64,000 nt of DNA from the human T2T-CHM13v2.0 reference genome, Homo sapiens, in NCBI RefSeq assembly GCF_009914755.1, contig NC_060928.1. One strand, given 5' to 3'. This document shows positions 1 to 13,859 of the stretch, piece after piece (the stretch's first letter is position 1; every line of letters begins with the position of its first letter). Under the pieces are notes generated by a model, which did not search any database, was not told the origin of the DNA, and saw only the letters and a program-made list of their open reading frames with translations. The position numbers and the translations under genes were made by a program.

Positions 1-782
1 TGTATGCTTAGTTTAAAAAGAAACTGCCAAATCGTTTTACAGAGAGGCTTCACCTTTTTACATTCCCATCAGCAAGTCTGAGTGATCCAGTTTCTCCACA
101 TCCTTGTTGATATTTATTGACGTAATTTTTAGAATCATTACTTTAGCCATTCTTATAGGCATTAGTGATATCTCATTGTGGTTTTAGTTTAAATTTCCCT
201 AGTGACTAATAATGTTTCATGTCCTTATTTGCCATTTGCAAATCCTCTTAATTAAAATGTCTCATGTCTTTTGTCAATTTTTTAATTGAGGTGATGATTT
301 GGTTTTATTTATTTATTTTTTGCTTTTGAGATTTGAGAATTTTTATTGTATTCTAGATACTAGTCTTTTGTCAAATATATGGTTTGAAAATATTCTATCT
401 CAATAGGCAATTTTTCATTTCATCCTCTGAACAGGTATTTCTCAGAGCAAGTGTTTTAAATTGTGATGAAGTTCAATTTGTCATTTTTTCTGTTAGGGAT
501 TGTGCTTTGGCATCGAGTTTAAAAACTTAACCTAGCCCTAGATTTTCTTCTACTTTTTTTGTTTTATAGTTTTAGGTTTTATATTTAAGTCCATGAACTA
601 TCTTGAGTTAATTTTTTGCATAAAATGTGAGACTTAGGTTGAGGTGTTTGTTTGTTTGTTTGCTTGCTTATTTGTTTTGGCATAAGTCTATGGATGTCCA
701 ATTGCTCCAGCACCATGTTTTGAAATGCAGTATTTTCTTCCACGAATTATTTTTGCACCATTGTCAAATGTCAACTGGGCAT

Positions 783-1640
783 TTCAGAAGAAAAAAAATT
801 GAACCCTTTTTTTCTTCTATTCTCACACACTACTCAACACATTTCTGATACAAGGTGTCGGTGGGGGGTGTTGTGGACTCCCCCCTCAACAAGCAGTTCT
901 CCATCAGATACCAGATGAATGTACTATAATTCAATTCAGTTCTGACTATCCGGAGATAGCATCAGATCCCACAGGTTAAGGGCTCAGTCCCACAAGAATG
1001 TCTCCCACTTCAATGCCAGTCTCAAGCCCCTGGTTGTGATCTGTGCTCTGTCCAACTGGCTATAGATCAGGATTCATACAACTGCCTCTTTGAGTTGCAT
1101 TCATTTGTTAAACTGGCTCACAGAATTTAGGAAAACACTTTACTTGGGTTTGCAAATTTATTATAAAGGATATTATGAAGGATATAGATGAACAGTCAGA
1201 TAGAAGAAGTGCATAGGGCAAGGTAAGATGGAAAGGGTGTGGAGCTTCCATGCCCTCTCTGGGAACGCCACCTCATGTGGCCAACAATCTAGAAGCTCTC
1301 CAAATCTTGTTCTTTTAAGGGTTTATGGAGGCTTTATTACACAGACATGGTTGATTTGATTATATCATAGGCGAAGGTGGCCAACTCTCAGGACTTTAAC
1401 CTTTCTCCTGTCCCCAAAGGTTGGGGTGTGAGGCTGAAAGTTCCAGTTCTCTAATCACACGGTTTGTTCCCCTGGCCACAAGTCCGCATCTTGAGACTAT
1501 CCAGAATTCCACCAAGAGCTGCCTCATGAAAATAAAAGATATTCCTATCATCCAGGAAATTCCAAGAAATTTAGAAGCTGTGTGCCAGGAAGCAGGGGTA
1601 GAGACCAAATATATAATTATTGTTATATCATAATATCGCA
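783..1640 (-). mobile_element. MER21-family solo LTR (MER21B/C-like)
   Basis: Contains 'atcagatcccacaggttaagggctcagtcccacaaga' and ends 'gaccaaatatata...taatatcgca', the reverse complement of the MER21 start. L1M sequence resumes on both sides. Confidence 0.8.
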
Positions 1641-2486
1641 GATATATTTGTGTGAGGACATTTACGAATTCTCTGTTCATAGATTCTCTGTTAATCTATG
1701 TGTCTAACCCTCTGACAATACCATGCAGTCCTTGCTCCTGTAGCTATATACCAAGTTGAAACTAGGTAGATCAATTTCATTTACTTTATTTTCTTTCAAA
1801 ATTGTTTTATTCTAGTTCCTTTGCCTTTACATAAAAATTTTAGAATAATCTTGCCAAAACAACCTTAATGGGATTTTGATAGGAATAGTGTGAAACCTAC
1901 ATATCGATTTGGGGAGAACTGACATATTTACTACAGTCAGTCTTCCAGTCTATGAACGTGTCTCTCCACATATTTATTTGGATTTAGTTTTATTTCTTTT
2001 ATCAGCCTTGTGTAGTTTTCAGGATACAAGTCCTATGCAAGTTATGTTAGAGTTATACCTAAACATTTAATTGAGTGATCATTAGTGGTATTATGTTATT
2101 AATTTTGGTGTCCATGTGCTCACTGCTAGTACATGAAGGCACAATTAATCTGTTTCTCCTGCATCTTGTGACCTTGCTCAACTCATTTATTAGTCCTACA
2201 AGTTTTTTGTAGATTCCTAAGAGTTTTCTATGTAGACATGTCATCTGAAAATTAGGACAGTTATAATATTTATTTTCCCAATCTATATTGCTTTGCTTTG
2301 CTTTACTATACTGACTAAAACTTCCAACACTGTGTTAAATAAGAGTAGTAAGAGCAAACATCCTTACCTTGCTCCTGATCTTAAAAGAAAAGTATTCAGT
2401 CTTTCACCATTAAGTATAAGGTTAGCTGTAGTGAGTTTTTTTGTTTGTTTTTTAGGTGGTCATTATCAAGTTGAGAAAGTTTTTCT

Positions 2487-2670
2487 TTTTTTTATTATTA
2501 TTATTATACTTTTAAGTTTTAGGGTACATGTGCACAATGTGCAGGTTAGTTACATATGTATACATGTGCCATGTTGGTCTGCTGCACCCATTAACTCGTC
2601 ATTTAGCATTAGGTATATCTCCTAATGCTATCCCTCCCCCCTCCCCCCACCCCACAACAGTCCCTGGTGT
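2487..2670 (-). mobile_element. Short 5'-truncated young L1PA (L1PA2/PA3-like) 3' UTR
   Basis: 'ttaagttttagggtacatgtgcacaatgtgcaggttagttac...cctaatgctatccctcccccctccccccaccccacaacagtccc'. Perfect TSD aaagtttttct at 2476-2486 and 2671-2681. Confidence 0.92.
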
Positions 2671-3173
2671 AAAGTTTTTCTATTTAGATTTTGAGATTTT
2701 TTTTCCATGAATGAGTGTTCAATTTTGTCTAATTATCTATCTATATCAAAGCATGTTAATTTCATAGATAACATTTTTGCATATTGAACAATTATTGAAT
2801 CACTAAAGCAAATATCACTTGATAATGATATATAATTCTTTCTATATATTGCTAGATTTTATTTGTAAATACTTATAAAGACTGGATCCATTTTCATGAG
2901 GAACATTGGTCTGTAGTTTACTTTCTTTTTCTTTTTTTTTCCTTTTCTTTTCTAATACTGTCATTATCTGGTTTTGGTATCAGGGCAATACCAGCTTTAT
3001 AAAATGAATTGGGAAGTATTTTCACCTTTTCTATTTTCTGGAAGAAATTGTGTAGAAGTAGTGCTAATTCTTCTTTAAACTTTGATCAAATTCTTCAGTT
3101 AAACATCTAAGCATGGAGATTTCTTTGGGGGGAAATTTAAAATGTTGAATTATGTTTCTTTATTGGTCATAGG

Positions 3174-4179
3174 TCTCTGAGAGGAGAGAGATCTCAAACA
3201 GTTTTTCTTTCACTCTCATACCACAACAACAATCAACACAGAAGACTTCTGGGACCAAATGTGTATGTGTGCATTGCAGGTGGGTGGGGTTCTCCACACA
3301 CCAAACAAACAATTAATTCTGCAGCAGATACCAGCTGGGTGTCCTTTAATTCAATTCTGACACCTTCTACCTGAGGATAGCATCGGCTCTCACAGGTTGA
3401 GGGCTCAGTCCCCAAGACTGCCCCTCCCACACTTCCAATGCCAATCACAAGCCCTAGGTTGTTTTACCTGTGCTCCTCATTTACCAGCTATAAATTAAGG
3501 ATCCCATGACCTTCTCCTTGTATCTGATTATTTTGCCAGAGTGGCTCACATAACTCAGGGAAACTTACATTTACTGGTTTATTATGAAGGATATTACAAA
3601 GGATAGAGATAGAGATGCATAGGGTGAGGTATGGGAAGAAGCATGGAGCTTCCATGCCCTCCTCAGGCACGGCACCCTCCAGGAACTCTATGTGTTCAGC
3701 TATCCAGAAGCTCTCTGAATTCTGTCCTCTTGGGCCTGCTATGGAGACTTCATTGGATTGGCATGACTGACCACTATGTAGAAATTTGACTGGACAAAAA
3801 AGTTATACTAATAGACCAAGTGAGGTAGCCTAGCAAGGCCTGTCTGTTCAGATTCTTCTTGGCCTCTCTCTGCAGCATCCCTTCCTCTAGGGTATAGGAT
3901 AGAACCTCTTCTCAAATGAGGGTCTTATGACCCACAATGCACTTAGAGTCTTGCCTTGGGCTGGTGAAAGGAGGGCAGAAGACAGTCAGAAAGAAAGATT
4001 CTGTTTCCTAAAGCTTGCTTCTAAGGCCTAACATGCCCCAACATTATAACAAAGACTGTAATAAGGGCAATGGAAGTGTGAGCCAGGAATCGTGGACAAA
4101 AAACCCGTGTGTGTGTGTGTGTGTGTGTGTGTATACATACACATACATACGTATACATACACATATATATATATAATCA
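3174..4179 (-). mobile_element. MER21A-like solo LTR
   Basis: MER21 core 'cagcagataccagctgggtgtcctttaattcaattctgacacc...tcacaggttgagggctcagtccccaagactg'. TSD tagg at 3170-3173 and 4180-4183. Confidence 0.8.
4107..4174. repeat. (TG)n / (TACA)n / (TA)n compound microsatellite within the MER21 end
   Basis: gtgtgtgt...gtatacatacacatacatac...atatatata read directly. Confidence 0.9.
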
Positions 4180-5499
4180 TAGGGCTATACTGCTTTAGCT
4201 GTGTCACACAAATTTTAATAAGTTGCTTTAAATTTTTATTCAGTTCCATGTGTTATCTTGCCTAGACTTCTTTGACCCATTGATTACTTAGAGGCGTAGT
4301 TTACACGTTTGGATTTTTTCATTTGTTTTTCTGTTATTGATTTCCAATTTGATTCCATTGTGGTCAGAGAACATGCTCTGTATGATTTCAATTCTCTTAA
4401 ATTTGTTAAGGTCTTTGATGGGCCACATATTTCTCAGTTGCCAGCATCTTCTGCTCCAAGTCTTAGATATAAGAGGCAAAAAGAAAACCAAGGGCACTCA
4501 CCACTGTGTTGTTCCTCAGTCCTGAGGTCCCTAGCTTGTCTGCCTTTTTCTACTCCAACTTCTCAGAAGTGCAAGTGAGGCTTTGTTTTATCCACCACTG
4601 TTGCTGATTTTCACTATTTTTTAATATATTACTGTCATATTATGAGTAATGACATTGATTAAGGAATGAGAAACATTTGTGAAATCATCAAATCAGTCTT
4701 TCAAGGTCTGTGTTACACTCTGCAAAAGGTGAAGAAAATAGCATTAGATTGATCTACTGCTTTTCTCCCAACTTTTCTGAATCCTCTATTGCCTCTCATC
4801 ATCTCCTTGGAATTCCCACTAATTCCCCAATTCTCCTTCAAACATTTTTATCAATGGCATTTAGTGAGCTACCTGGTGGTAGAGAGAGTGGTGGTGGTTG
4901 GGGTAGGGAGGAGGTAAAATGTGTGTTTAGGTGTGTTAGCTTAATATATTCCTACAGAAATTTCATATGTATTAATAAAGAATGAATTGGAAAAAAATAA
5001 ATCATATCATATCATAAGAAAATGTGAGCTAACAGTAAATTACAGTACAGATTAAGGACTAGAAGTACAAGTGATTGAAAAAATCATACAGAGAAATACA
5101 GATAAATGTTACTAGTGTTCAAAATATCTGCTTGCTACAAAAAGAGCACACAGAATTAAAAGCAAATGCACACCTATGTATATATGTATATATGTATATA
5201 TATATATATATATGGCATATAATTAATTATGAGATCAGTAAGATTTTAAGAGACAATTCACAAAAGAGGAAGGATGCATACCTAATCATTAAATGATCAA
5301 ACTATTAAAATGTTAAAAATAGAATTTAGGAAAATGATTATTCAGACATAAACCACTAAATATTTATTTTTTCACATACACACTATATATCAGATCAAAA
5401 TTTAAATTAGACTCATTTGATATAATTTCTTTTACAACAATAATACAAGAAATTCCTTTAAGACAAGAAATATTTATGTGGGTTCTCATAGCTGAGGAC

Positions 5500-5682
5500 C
5501 ACATACTAGCTGTAGGTGCAGGGAAAATACTGTCTTCAAGGCTCAGTTTCTTTATTTATAAAATAAAAAGATTAATATCTATTTCATATGGTTATTAGGA
5601 AAACTAAATGGAAAATACATAAAAGGAGTTATCACATTCCCTGGCTTGTAGTAACCACTAAATAACTATTGGCTAAATTATT
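5500..5682 (+). mobile_element. MIR SINE fragment
   Basis: MIR core-like 'gctcagtttctttatttataaaataaaaagattaatatctatttcatatggttattagg' followed by a MIR-type 3' tail. Confidence 0.7.
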
Positions 5683-7877
5683 GTGTGTGGTTTATTATTT
5701 ATTAATAAATAGAAATTTTATTGTGCAGTCAATGAAGAAATGTGCATTTGGGTTCTATTAATATCCCTACAATAGATTTTATACCTGCACCTTGGAATAT
5801 CCCATTTTAATGATGATAATTACACTTAAAAATATGCTCTATAACCAAAAATATGCCCTTATTATTTTGTTCATAATTCTCCAGTAATTCAGATGAAATA
5901 GGCAGAAGTAGCAATTTGAAAGATGCAGAAGATTCTGAATTGGTATTATCATAATACGATCAGGAGTCTGAATCTAGTGTCCTTTTGTCTGGGCTTCCTA
6001 GTTTTATGTAGGGTAACTAGTGACTGAATGTGCATTAAAATAATTAAATTAGAATATAATGAAGTAAATTGCTATGAAGTGCAAGAGAAGCTGATGACAT
6101 CATCGTCTCAAAACATCCCCAAAAGTCAAAAATGCTTTATTCATTGTTTTCTGTCACCAGGGAGCATTGACAACCTTAACGACATCTAGGTTTTTTTCCA
6201 GCCAGTGGATTTTGGACAGGGTTGAAAGTTTTTTGTTTGAATGGTTCACAGCCCCAGTTAGGAACAAAATTAGCCACTATCATGGGATGGGTGATTATTT
6301 TCACAGAAGACTTCTTCTGAGTATATTTGAATTGCAAATATCAAAACCCCTAAAGAAAGTGAAGGCAAAAAAAAAAAAAAATTGTGTAAGTTTTCTTAAG
6401 AGCAGCAGTAAGTCATTATCAAGCAATTAGTGTTGTAATAAGCTCCCATTTCTTAGTTTGGCATATTTTGTTCAATACTGGAAATATAATTATGATAAAG
6501 GTTGAAGACACAGTACAGTACTTATATGTTAACCATTTATAAACAATTTGTCTCTAATGACAGACAGGAGAGCATGTAATTACACTCAGCATTTCCAGAA
6601 AGACTGACTATTTGCCAAACAGCACTCCATTTGATTGCCTTTAAAGTGCAATCCTGGGTTGTTAAAGTGAAAATAGGATTTTTGGTTGCAGGTAATTAAC
6701 TTCCCCCCACTCGCCCCCTGCTATTCTTTTCTTAGTTGTTAATGAAGGGCTTTTGAAGTCTTCATTACCAATGGGTATTTGTCAATGCCAAAAAAAAATA
6801 CAGAGCCCCAAACCCTTCAAATAACCTTCTTCTCTATCATTCTGTGTAAAATCTTTGAAATAACTAATGACGTCCTGAAAGGTGCAAAGGGCAAAGCTCA
6901 CACACTGAATTGAGGCAAGTCATCAAGCAGGATGGGAGAAGACAGCCAAAGAAAGGAAAGTAATACCCAACTGAAGGAGGATAGAGAGGAATTATTTGAA
7001 ATACAGATTCTTTCAGCAAAGGCTCCTTCTTCAAAGCTTTTTGGAAAAAAATGTAATGCAAAAAAAAAATAAAAGTATGAAGTATAAGGATAAGTAAAAA
7101 AATTTAAAAGCATATTTTGAAATACATACGTGATCATAGGAGTTCATTGTGGACTGTGAATGGGTCCATATTTAGTGGCATCTGCCTTTAACTAGGAATA
7201 AGGCCAAAATCAGTCACAGAGTTGGTCTGCTCCATTTGTCTCGGAGATCACTAGATATATTTCTAGCACTTCTTTTTCTCCTAAGAGTGTAGCATTTATA
7301 GTATCTATTCAAAGAGAACTCACAAGTACAGCATTTCATGAGCTCTTGATAAGCTGTCTGAATCATGACCATTGTGCCACGGATTTCCTCAAGCCCTTTT
7401 CTTTATTAAGGTTCATGAACAGACTGTGAATTCCTGATTTGCCTTTGTTGTGTCTCCTCTGTCCAGTTTCTACAGGGTCCTATTTGAGACTAGTTTGCTT
7501 AGAGCTCATAATGAGCTCTCTAATGTTGATTCATTTTGGGGTCTCATATTCTTCAGTATTCTTATATCTTTTTCTGAGCATTCAGAATAAAGAGAGCTAG
7601 TATTAATGGAAAACACACTATGTGTAGTAACATCATTTTCTCACTTTAACCTTCCAGTACTTGTGAGATAGAGAGATACTTTTAATTAGTTAATCCTTTC
7701 CTGGCTTCAACTCCTACTAGTCTAGACTTGGTATTCTATCACTTAAACTACTCTCCCAACCATCACTTTGACACCCCTGTGCAAATATTCTTTGACAAAA
7801 ATATCTAGGTGAAATCCAAACTTCAGAATAATGTAATCATCTGCTTTATCTATTATTTCACTCTATAGCTTATCCCA

Positions 7878-8311
7878 TGCTATGATTTGAATACTTGTCC
7901 CCTACAAAACTCATGTTGAAATTTAATCCCCATTGTGGCAGTATTGAGACGAAGGACCTTTAAGAAGTGATAGGGTCATGAGGGCTCTGCCCTCATAAAT
8001 AGATTAATCTTTTTTATAGATTAATGGATAAAGGATTAAAAGATTAATGGGTTGCCATGAGGGTGGAACTGGTGGCTTTCTAAGAAGAGGACAAGAAACA
8101 TGAACTAGCAAGCTCAGCCCCCTTACCATGCGATGCCCTGTGCTGCCTTGGAACCCTACAAGGAGCCCCACCAGCAAGAAGGCCCTCACCAAATGTGGGC
8201 TTTGACCTTGGATTTCTCAACCTCCATAACTGTAAGAAATAAATTCCTTTTCTTTATAAATTATCCAGTTTCAGTTATTCTTTTAAAAGCAACAGAAAAC
8301 AGACTAATAAA
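7878..8311 (+). mobile_element. MST (MSTC/MSTD-like) MaLR solo LTR
   Basis: Starts 'tgctatgatttgaatacttgtcccctacaaaactcatgttgaaatttaatcccc' and has AATAAA near its end. TSD tccca at 7873-7877 and 8312-8316. Confidence 0.88.
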
Positions 8312-8391
8312 TCCCACATATAGTCTGTTCAAACAATGCCTCTTCAAATTTGCCAAAGATATGCTTCTCTCTTCAACATAGAAACATTCTA

Positions 8392-8710
<319 letters not shown>

Positions 8711-9589
8711 AAACATTCTACAGTCTCTGCCATTTTTAATGAATCTTCTTTGATCTCCTCTAGCCATCATCCAGTCTCTTCTTTCCTTAAAAGCCTATAT
8801 TTCAGAAAGAGTGCTATACACTCTGTCTCCAGAGCCATTTAATTAGCCCACTGAAATCTGATTTCTCTACTTCACTTTCAAAGTTACTATAGCTAACATC
8901 ATCTATTATTTCCCAGTTGCTAAATCCAAAGGAGAGTTTTTATTCCTTACCTCGATTGGCCTCCCTATAACTGTAAAAATATCTCTTCTCCTTTGGTTTC
9001 CAAGATTCACTCTCTCCTTGCTTTCCCATCTATCTTAGTTTCCTCTTCTAGGATGTTCTTTCTGCCCTCATAGCTTGAATTCTGATGTTTCCTCAAATCA
9101 ATCCTTGACTTTTTTCTCTCCTTATGCTAACCACTTCTTGAGATCTCCTATTTCACCTAATGGCATCCATATCTATGATTGAAGTGTGGCCTCTTTTTTG
9201 AGCTCCAGACATAGGTTTTAAACTTGAATTACAGGCCCAGGAAATCTCTTTGTAGATAACACATAGTCCCCCTTTACTCTCCCCTCTACATACGAATATG
9301 TTCATTCTTTATTATTCACGCACACACATTATTATCCATAGACGAGCTAGGCCAGATTATAAAGTCTCGTAATAGCTGAAAGATTAGAGGTGGTAACGAT
9401 TTGACCTTGGCACAAGTGTACTTTTCTCTGGTCTATTCATGAAGAGACAATAGGAAGTACAAAGGATAAAAGTGGTGAACATGACGGTCTATTTCTTCCC
9501 TTCTTTCATGAGAAGGAGTGCTGAAAATTTGGTGTTCTTGACCACCCATAGAGAGGAACAAGTATGCCAAGTCAGAGAATAACAGGACT

Positions 9590-9677
9590 ATGGGCCCAAA
9601 CTCCTGGCCTCAAGTGATCCTCTTGCCTCAACCTCCTGAGTAACTGGGATTATAGGAAGAACACACCATGCCTGGCT
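9590..9677 (-). mobile_element. FLAM/Alu monomer fragment
   Basis: 'aactcctggcctcaagtgatcctcttgcctcaacctcctgagtaactgggattatagg...ccatgcctggct'. Confidence 0.8.
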
Positions 9678-9727
9678 CAAACTATGGAATCACTAGCTCT
9701 TTATCTGTTGCTACCTTATCACTCTGA

Positions 9728-10093
<366 letters not shown>

Positions 10094-11299
10094 GAGGCCT
10101 TGACATTCTTACTGTGCCAGCACTTGAGCAATCCTTCTTGATCTATACTTCTGCTACCAAGCCCTATGAGTTTTCTATTCATGTCCTTTTAGGAGCTATT
10201 TGTGGGCAATCCTAATGATGTCCCACCACAATACAGCAGTTACCCAAGTCAGAAAATTTGAAATAGTCCTTGCTTTTATACTCTTTTCCACCTCCTATAC
10301 CAAACAAATTATTACCTTCCACCACTTCTTCCCATTAAATACCTTTTACTTACCCACTCCTCTCTGTTTCCAGTGTTATTTCCACTATCATCTCTCAGAT
10401 GAAATATTGCAAAAGTCTCCAGTGTGGCCTCTAACCTCAAACTCTGTGCTCTCTCCAGTTCATTCTGCATTCTACTGTCAGCAGGAACATCCTAAAACAT
10501 AAATATGATGCTGCCTCACTCCCTTTCAAAAATTATTTAATGACTCCTCAGCACCTTCAGGATAAACTCCAAGTTTATCCAACATAAGCTGGGGCCTACT
10601 GAGTTTTGATATCTCATTTACCATTTCTTCTCCTTCTTCAGAAGATTTCTAATTCCTCAAGCATGCATTATGTCCTTAAGCCCCCATGCCTTCTAAAATG
10701 TGTAGAATGCTGTCTTCCTATCTTCTCCATGATGTTTATGATATTTACTAGTCTGCCAAAACTCTATTCGGGTCTACCCACATACTCTCTCTGCAAATCT
10801 TATAACTGCCATTTTCAGAGCACATTCAGACTCCAATCATTTCTTTACCACCTCTTCTCCTATCACCTGAGTTCAAGTCACCATGACTTTTCAAATAGAT
10901 TACTACAATATTCATCAAATTAGTCTGTTGACTTTTACCCTTGCTTACCCCATGGTATTTTTCCTCCCATAGTAGCCAGAAAGAGTCTTGAAATCCTACG
11001 TCAGATCATATTACTTCCCTGTTTATAACCCATCAATGGACTCAGAGGCAAAGCCAAATTCTTATAATGACCTACACAGCACATATTATCTGGTCTCCAA
11101 TTACCTCTCTGGTCTCATGTCACATGTTTCACATGCTCTCTCACATTATTTAAGCAACACTGGCACCTGCTATTCCAACAACACATTTCTATCTTAGGAT
11201 GTATTCCCTCTGTCCATAACTCCACCTCCAGATTACATACACACAACACATATGTACATATCTGATGTATAGATATGTATATATACATTCCTAGAATAC

Positions 11300-11836
11300 T
11301 GTCATGGACATAAAATTTCTTCTGTAGCCTATTAGCATCTCTAGCTGGGCCTAAGAATTAAACTAACATATGACAGATTATCAGGAGAAAAGCATACACA
11401 TTTTATTTAGTAAGTTTTCTATGTGCATGGGAGCCTTCAGAAGGAAAATGAAGACCTAAAGAAGCATTTAGAGCTGAAAGCTTGTATACTAGATTGGACA
11501 AAGAGCAGTAAATTGTGAAAATATGGCAAGACAAGGGGCTTGGGCTCGGCCAGTTAACTGTGGAAAAATGACTAGGAAGATAAGAGTTAGTTTGACAAGG
11601 TTAGTTTGTACAGATTTCTCTCAGCCTTGCCTCCTCATCTCTGGTGACAAGAATGTCTTCCTTCCTTCCCATGTGAAGAGCATCCTTTACATGGAAGTTT
11701 AATCTCCTGCTTTTAGGAATAAAAAGCAGGTCAAGGTGCCCTTGTTGCATCTGCTGTTTTTCAAGTGCCTTTAACTCAAAATAATCAATATGCCAAGATG
11801 TCATATTTTGGGGTGGCCTGTTTTCAACCCCTTACA
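11300..11836 (-). mobile_element. MER34-family (ERV1) solo LTR
   Basis: Ends 'aactcaaaataatcaatatgccaagatgtcatattttggggtggc...ccccttaca', the reverse complement of the MER34 start. TG..CA termini; near-TSD atac/atat. Confidence 0.8.
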
Positions 11837-12324
11837 ATATATATAACTATACAACCACATGTACACAAAGATATAGACACACAGATATACTGATATGGGT
11901 AATTGTCTCATTCCAGTCAAATGCCACTATATGAAAGATATCTCACCTGACAACCCCAACTAAAAGAGCAATGTCTCATCAATATTCTCCATCTTCTTAG
12001 CCTACTTTGTTTTTTTCTCAGAGCATCACACAGTCTGTTCTTTATTTTACTGTTTCTGTTTGATTACAATAGAATGTAATCTCCATAAAAATAGATCTTG
12101 ACTGTTGTATTCATTGGTGTATCCCTGAAACAGGATAATGAATAAATGAATGAACAGATAAATGAATAAATGGAGAGATTAATCAATTATCTCCCATTTT
12201 GTTTTCCTCTCCACTACAGAATCCAAATAAATATGCACCAAAATATTTTCACTAATTTTATAATTCTAAAGACAGTTTGTTTCTCATTTTGAGACATTTG
12301 GAAACAAAGGTCATTACATTTTAT

Positions 12325-12406
12325 AACATATATGTTATAAATAACATAACTATATATGTTATAAATAACATAGCATTATATATATATACATATATATGTG
12401 TGTGTA

Positions 12407-12437
<31 letters not shown>
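12325..12437. repeat. AT-rich tandem duplication plus (TA)n/(TG)n microsatellite
   Basis: 'atatatgttataaataacata' occurs twice and is followed by TA/TG runs. Confidence 0.8.
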
Positions 12438-12438
<1 letters not shown>

Positions 12439-12637
12439 AAATCTCCCTTCATTTGTTCACCTCAAGGAGCTCTAACATTCCAGTCAAATGCCATGTTGGG
12501 AGATGCTTAGCACCAGAGAGCTACACAACAGAGGCAATTCTTAAATGTTACATTCACTTTTATTCTCTTGCTTAAATTAACTCCATTTGAGAGCTAACCC
12601 AGAGTAATTAAAAATAAGTTGGTTTAAATATTCTACA

Positions 12638-13065
12638 TGTATTAGTTTTATAGCACTATCATAACAAAGCACCACAAATTGTGTGGCTTTAGACAACAGA
12701 AATATGTCCTGTCACAGTCTGGAGGCTAGAAGTCCAAAATCTAGGTATTGGAAGAGCCAGGCTCCTCCAAAGCCCCTAGAGTCCTATTTCTTATCCCTTC
12801 CAGTTTCTGGTAGCCTCAGGTATCCCTTGGCTTGTAGCAGCATAATCCCAATTCCTGCCTCTGCCTTCATTTCTCTGTATCTGTCTCTCCTTTCTTTATA
12901 AGAACACCAGACATATAGGATTAAAGGGCCCACCCTACACCAGTATAAACTCATATTAATTAAATATAGCTGCAACAGCCATATTTTGAAATAAGGTCAT
13001 ATTCTGAGGTCCTAGGAGTCAGGATATCAACACATTATTTTGAGGGACACAATTCAACCTATACA
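12638..13065 (-). mobile_element. MLT1B/C-like MaLR solo LTR
   Basis: 'tgtattagtt...ataacaaagcaccacaaatt...ggaggctagaagtccaaaatc...aaataaggtcatattctgagg...gacacaattcaacctataca'. Confidence 0.85.
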
Positions 13066-13859
13066 CTAGGAAAATAAAACCTCTATGTTCTGCCATGGAG
13101 GTTATACTTTTATTCTTTGCACATTCATTTATTCAGCAACTCTTTTGTGATACACACAATATCAGATTCTGAACAATAAAAATGAATTAAATCTAGTTCT
13201 TATCTGTATAGAGATATGGAAACAAATATTTAATACTTAAAATACTACATTTAAATGTGATACGAGTGGTATCATCAGAGTGCCCTGGGAGCATAGTTTA
13301 CGTCTGATTAATTCAGCCTATGAGACCAGGCAAGGCATTACAAAGATAATTTTAAACTTAATAGTAATGGAAGTCTGAGACCTAGGCAGGTGCAAAGATC
13401 AGAGGGGACCTTCCAGATACAAGTCCATTAAATACACATATGTTGGGTATCTGCTGTATGCTAAACATAAGAGTTAGGTGCTGGCATACAGATAAAATTT
13501 GTGTTAGTTTCTGGGAATACAGGCATTAAGTGCACTTGTCTTGATGGGATATTAATTTAGTGAGAAAAACAGTAAACAGATAATGATAGAACTATGATGA
13601 AGCCGTAACAGAGTGAAGGAAAGAAATAATTAGGCTTGAATACCACATTAACTGACATGACAATATTATGAAGACTATTCTGTAAGAGAGTGAAATTATA
13701 CATTTTGCTAAATTTTTTTAAAAGACACCTATAGAGCATACTATTGCAGAATAAGGAACACTTCATATAGTACAGTATCAATCATTTTTTCATTTTAAGT
13801 TCAGATTTCCATGCATTCATATCCACATGCCCTTTGCTAGGTGTTACTTGGATATTATA

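Larger units (their letters stand above)
1..4570 (-). mobile_element. Ancient fragmented L1M (L1MB/MC-type) ORF2 and 5' pieces, interrupted by two MER21 LTRs and a young L1PA
   Basis: Antisense L1 ORF2 motifs: 'tttacattcccatcagcaa', 'tatctcattgtggttttagtttaaatttccc', 'ctttcaccattaagtataaggttagctgtag' and 'tctggttttggtatcagggcaatac'. The track ORF 4288-4497(-) gives an L1 endonuclease-like 'IEIIQSMFSDHNGIKLEINN'. Confidence 0.85.

Noticed and set aside
5885-5942. Possible plus-strand micro-exon (ttctccag|...TTG|gtatta) encoding NSDEIGRSSNLKDAEDSEL
   Set aside because: The donor is weak, the 58-nt length does not preserve frame, and I found no partner exons or recognisable protein.
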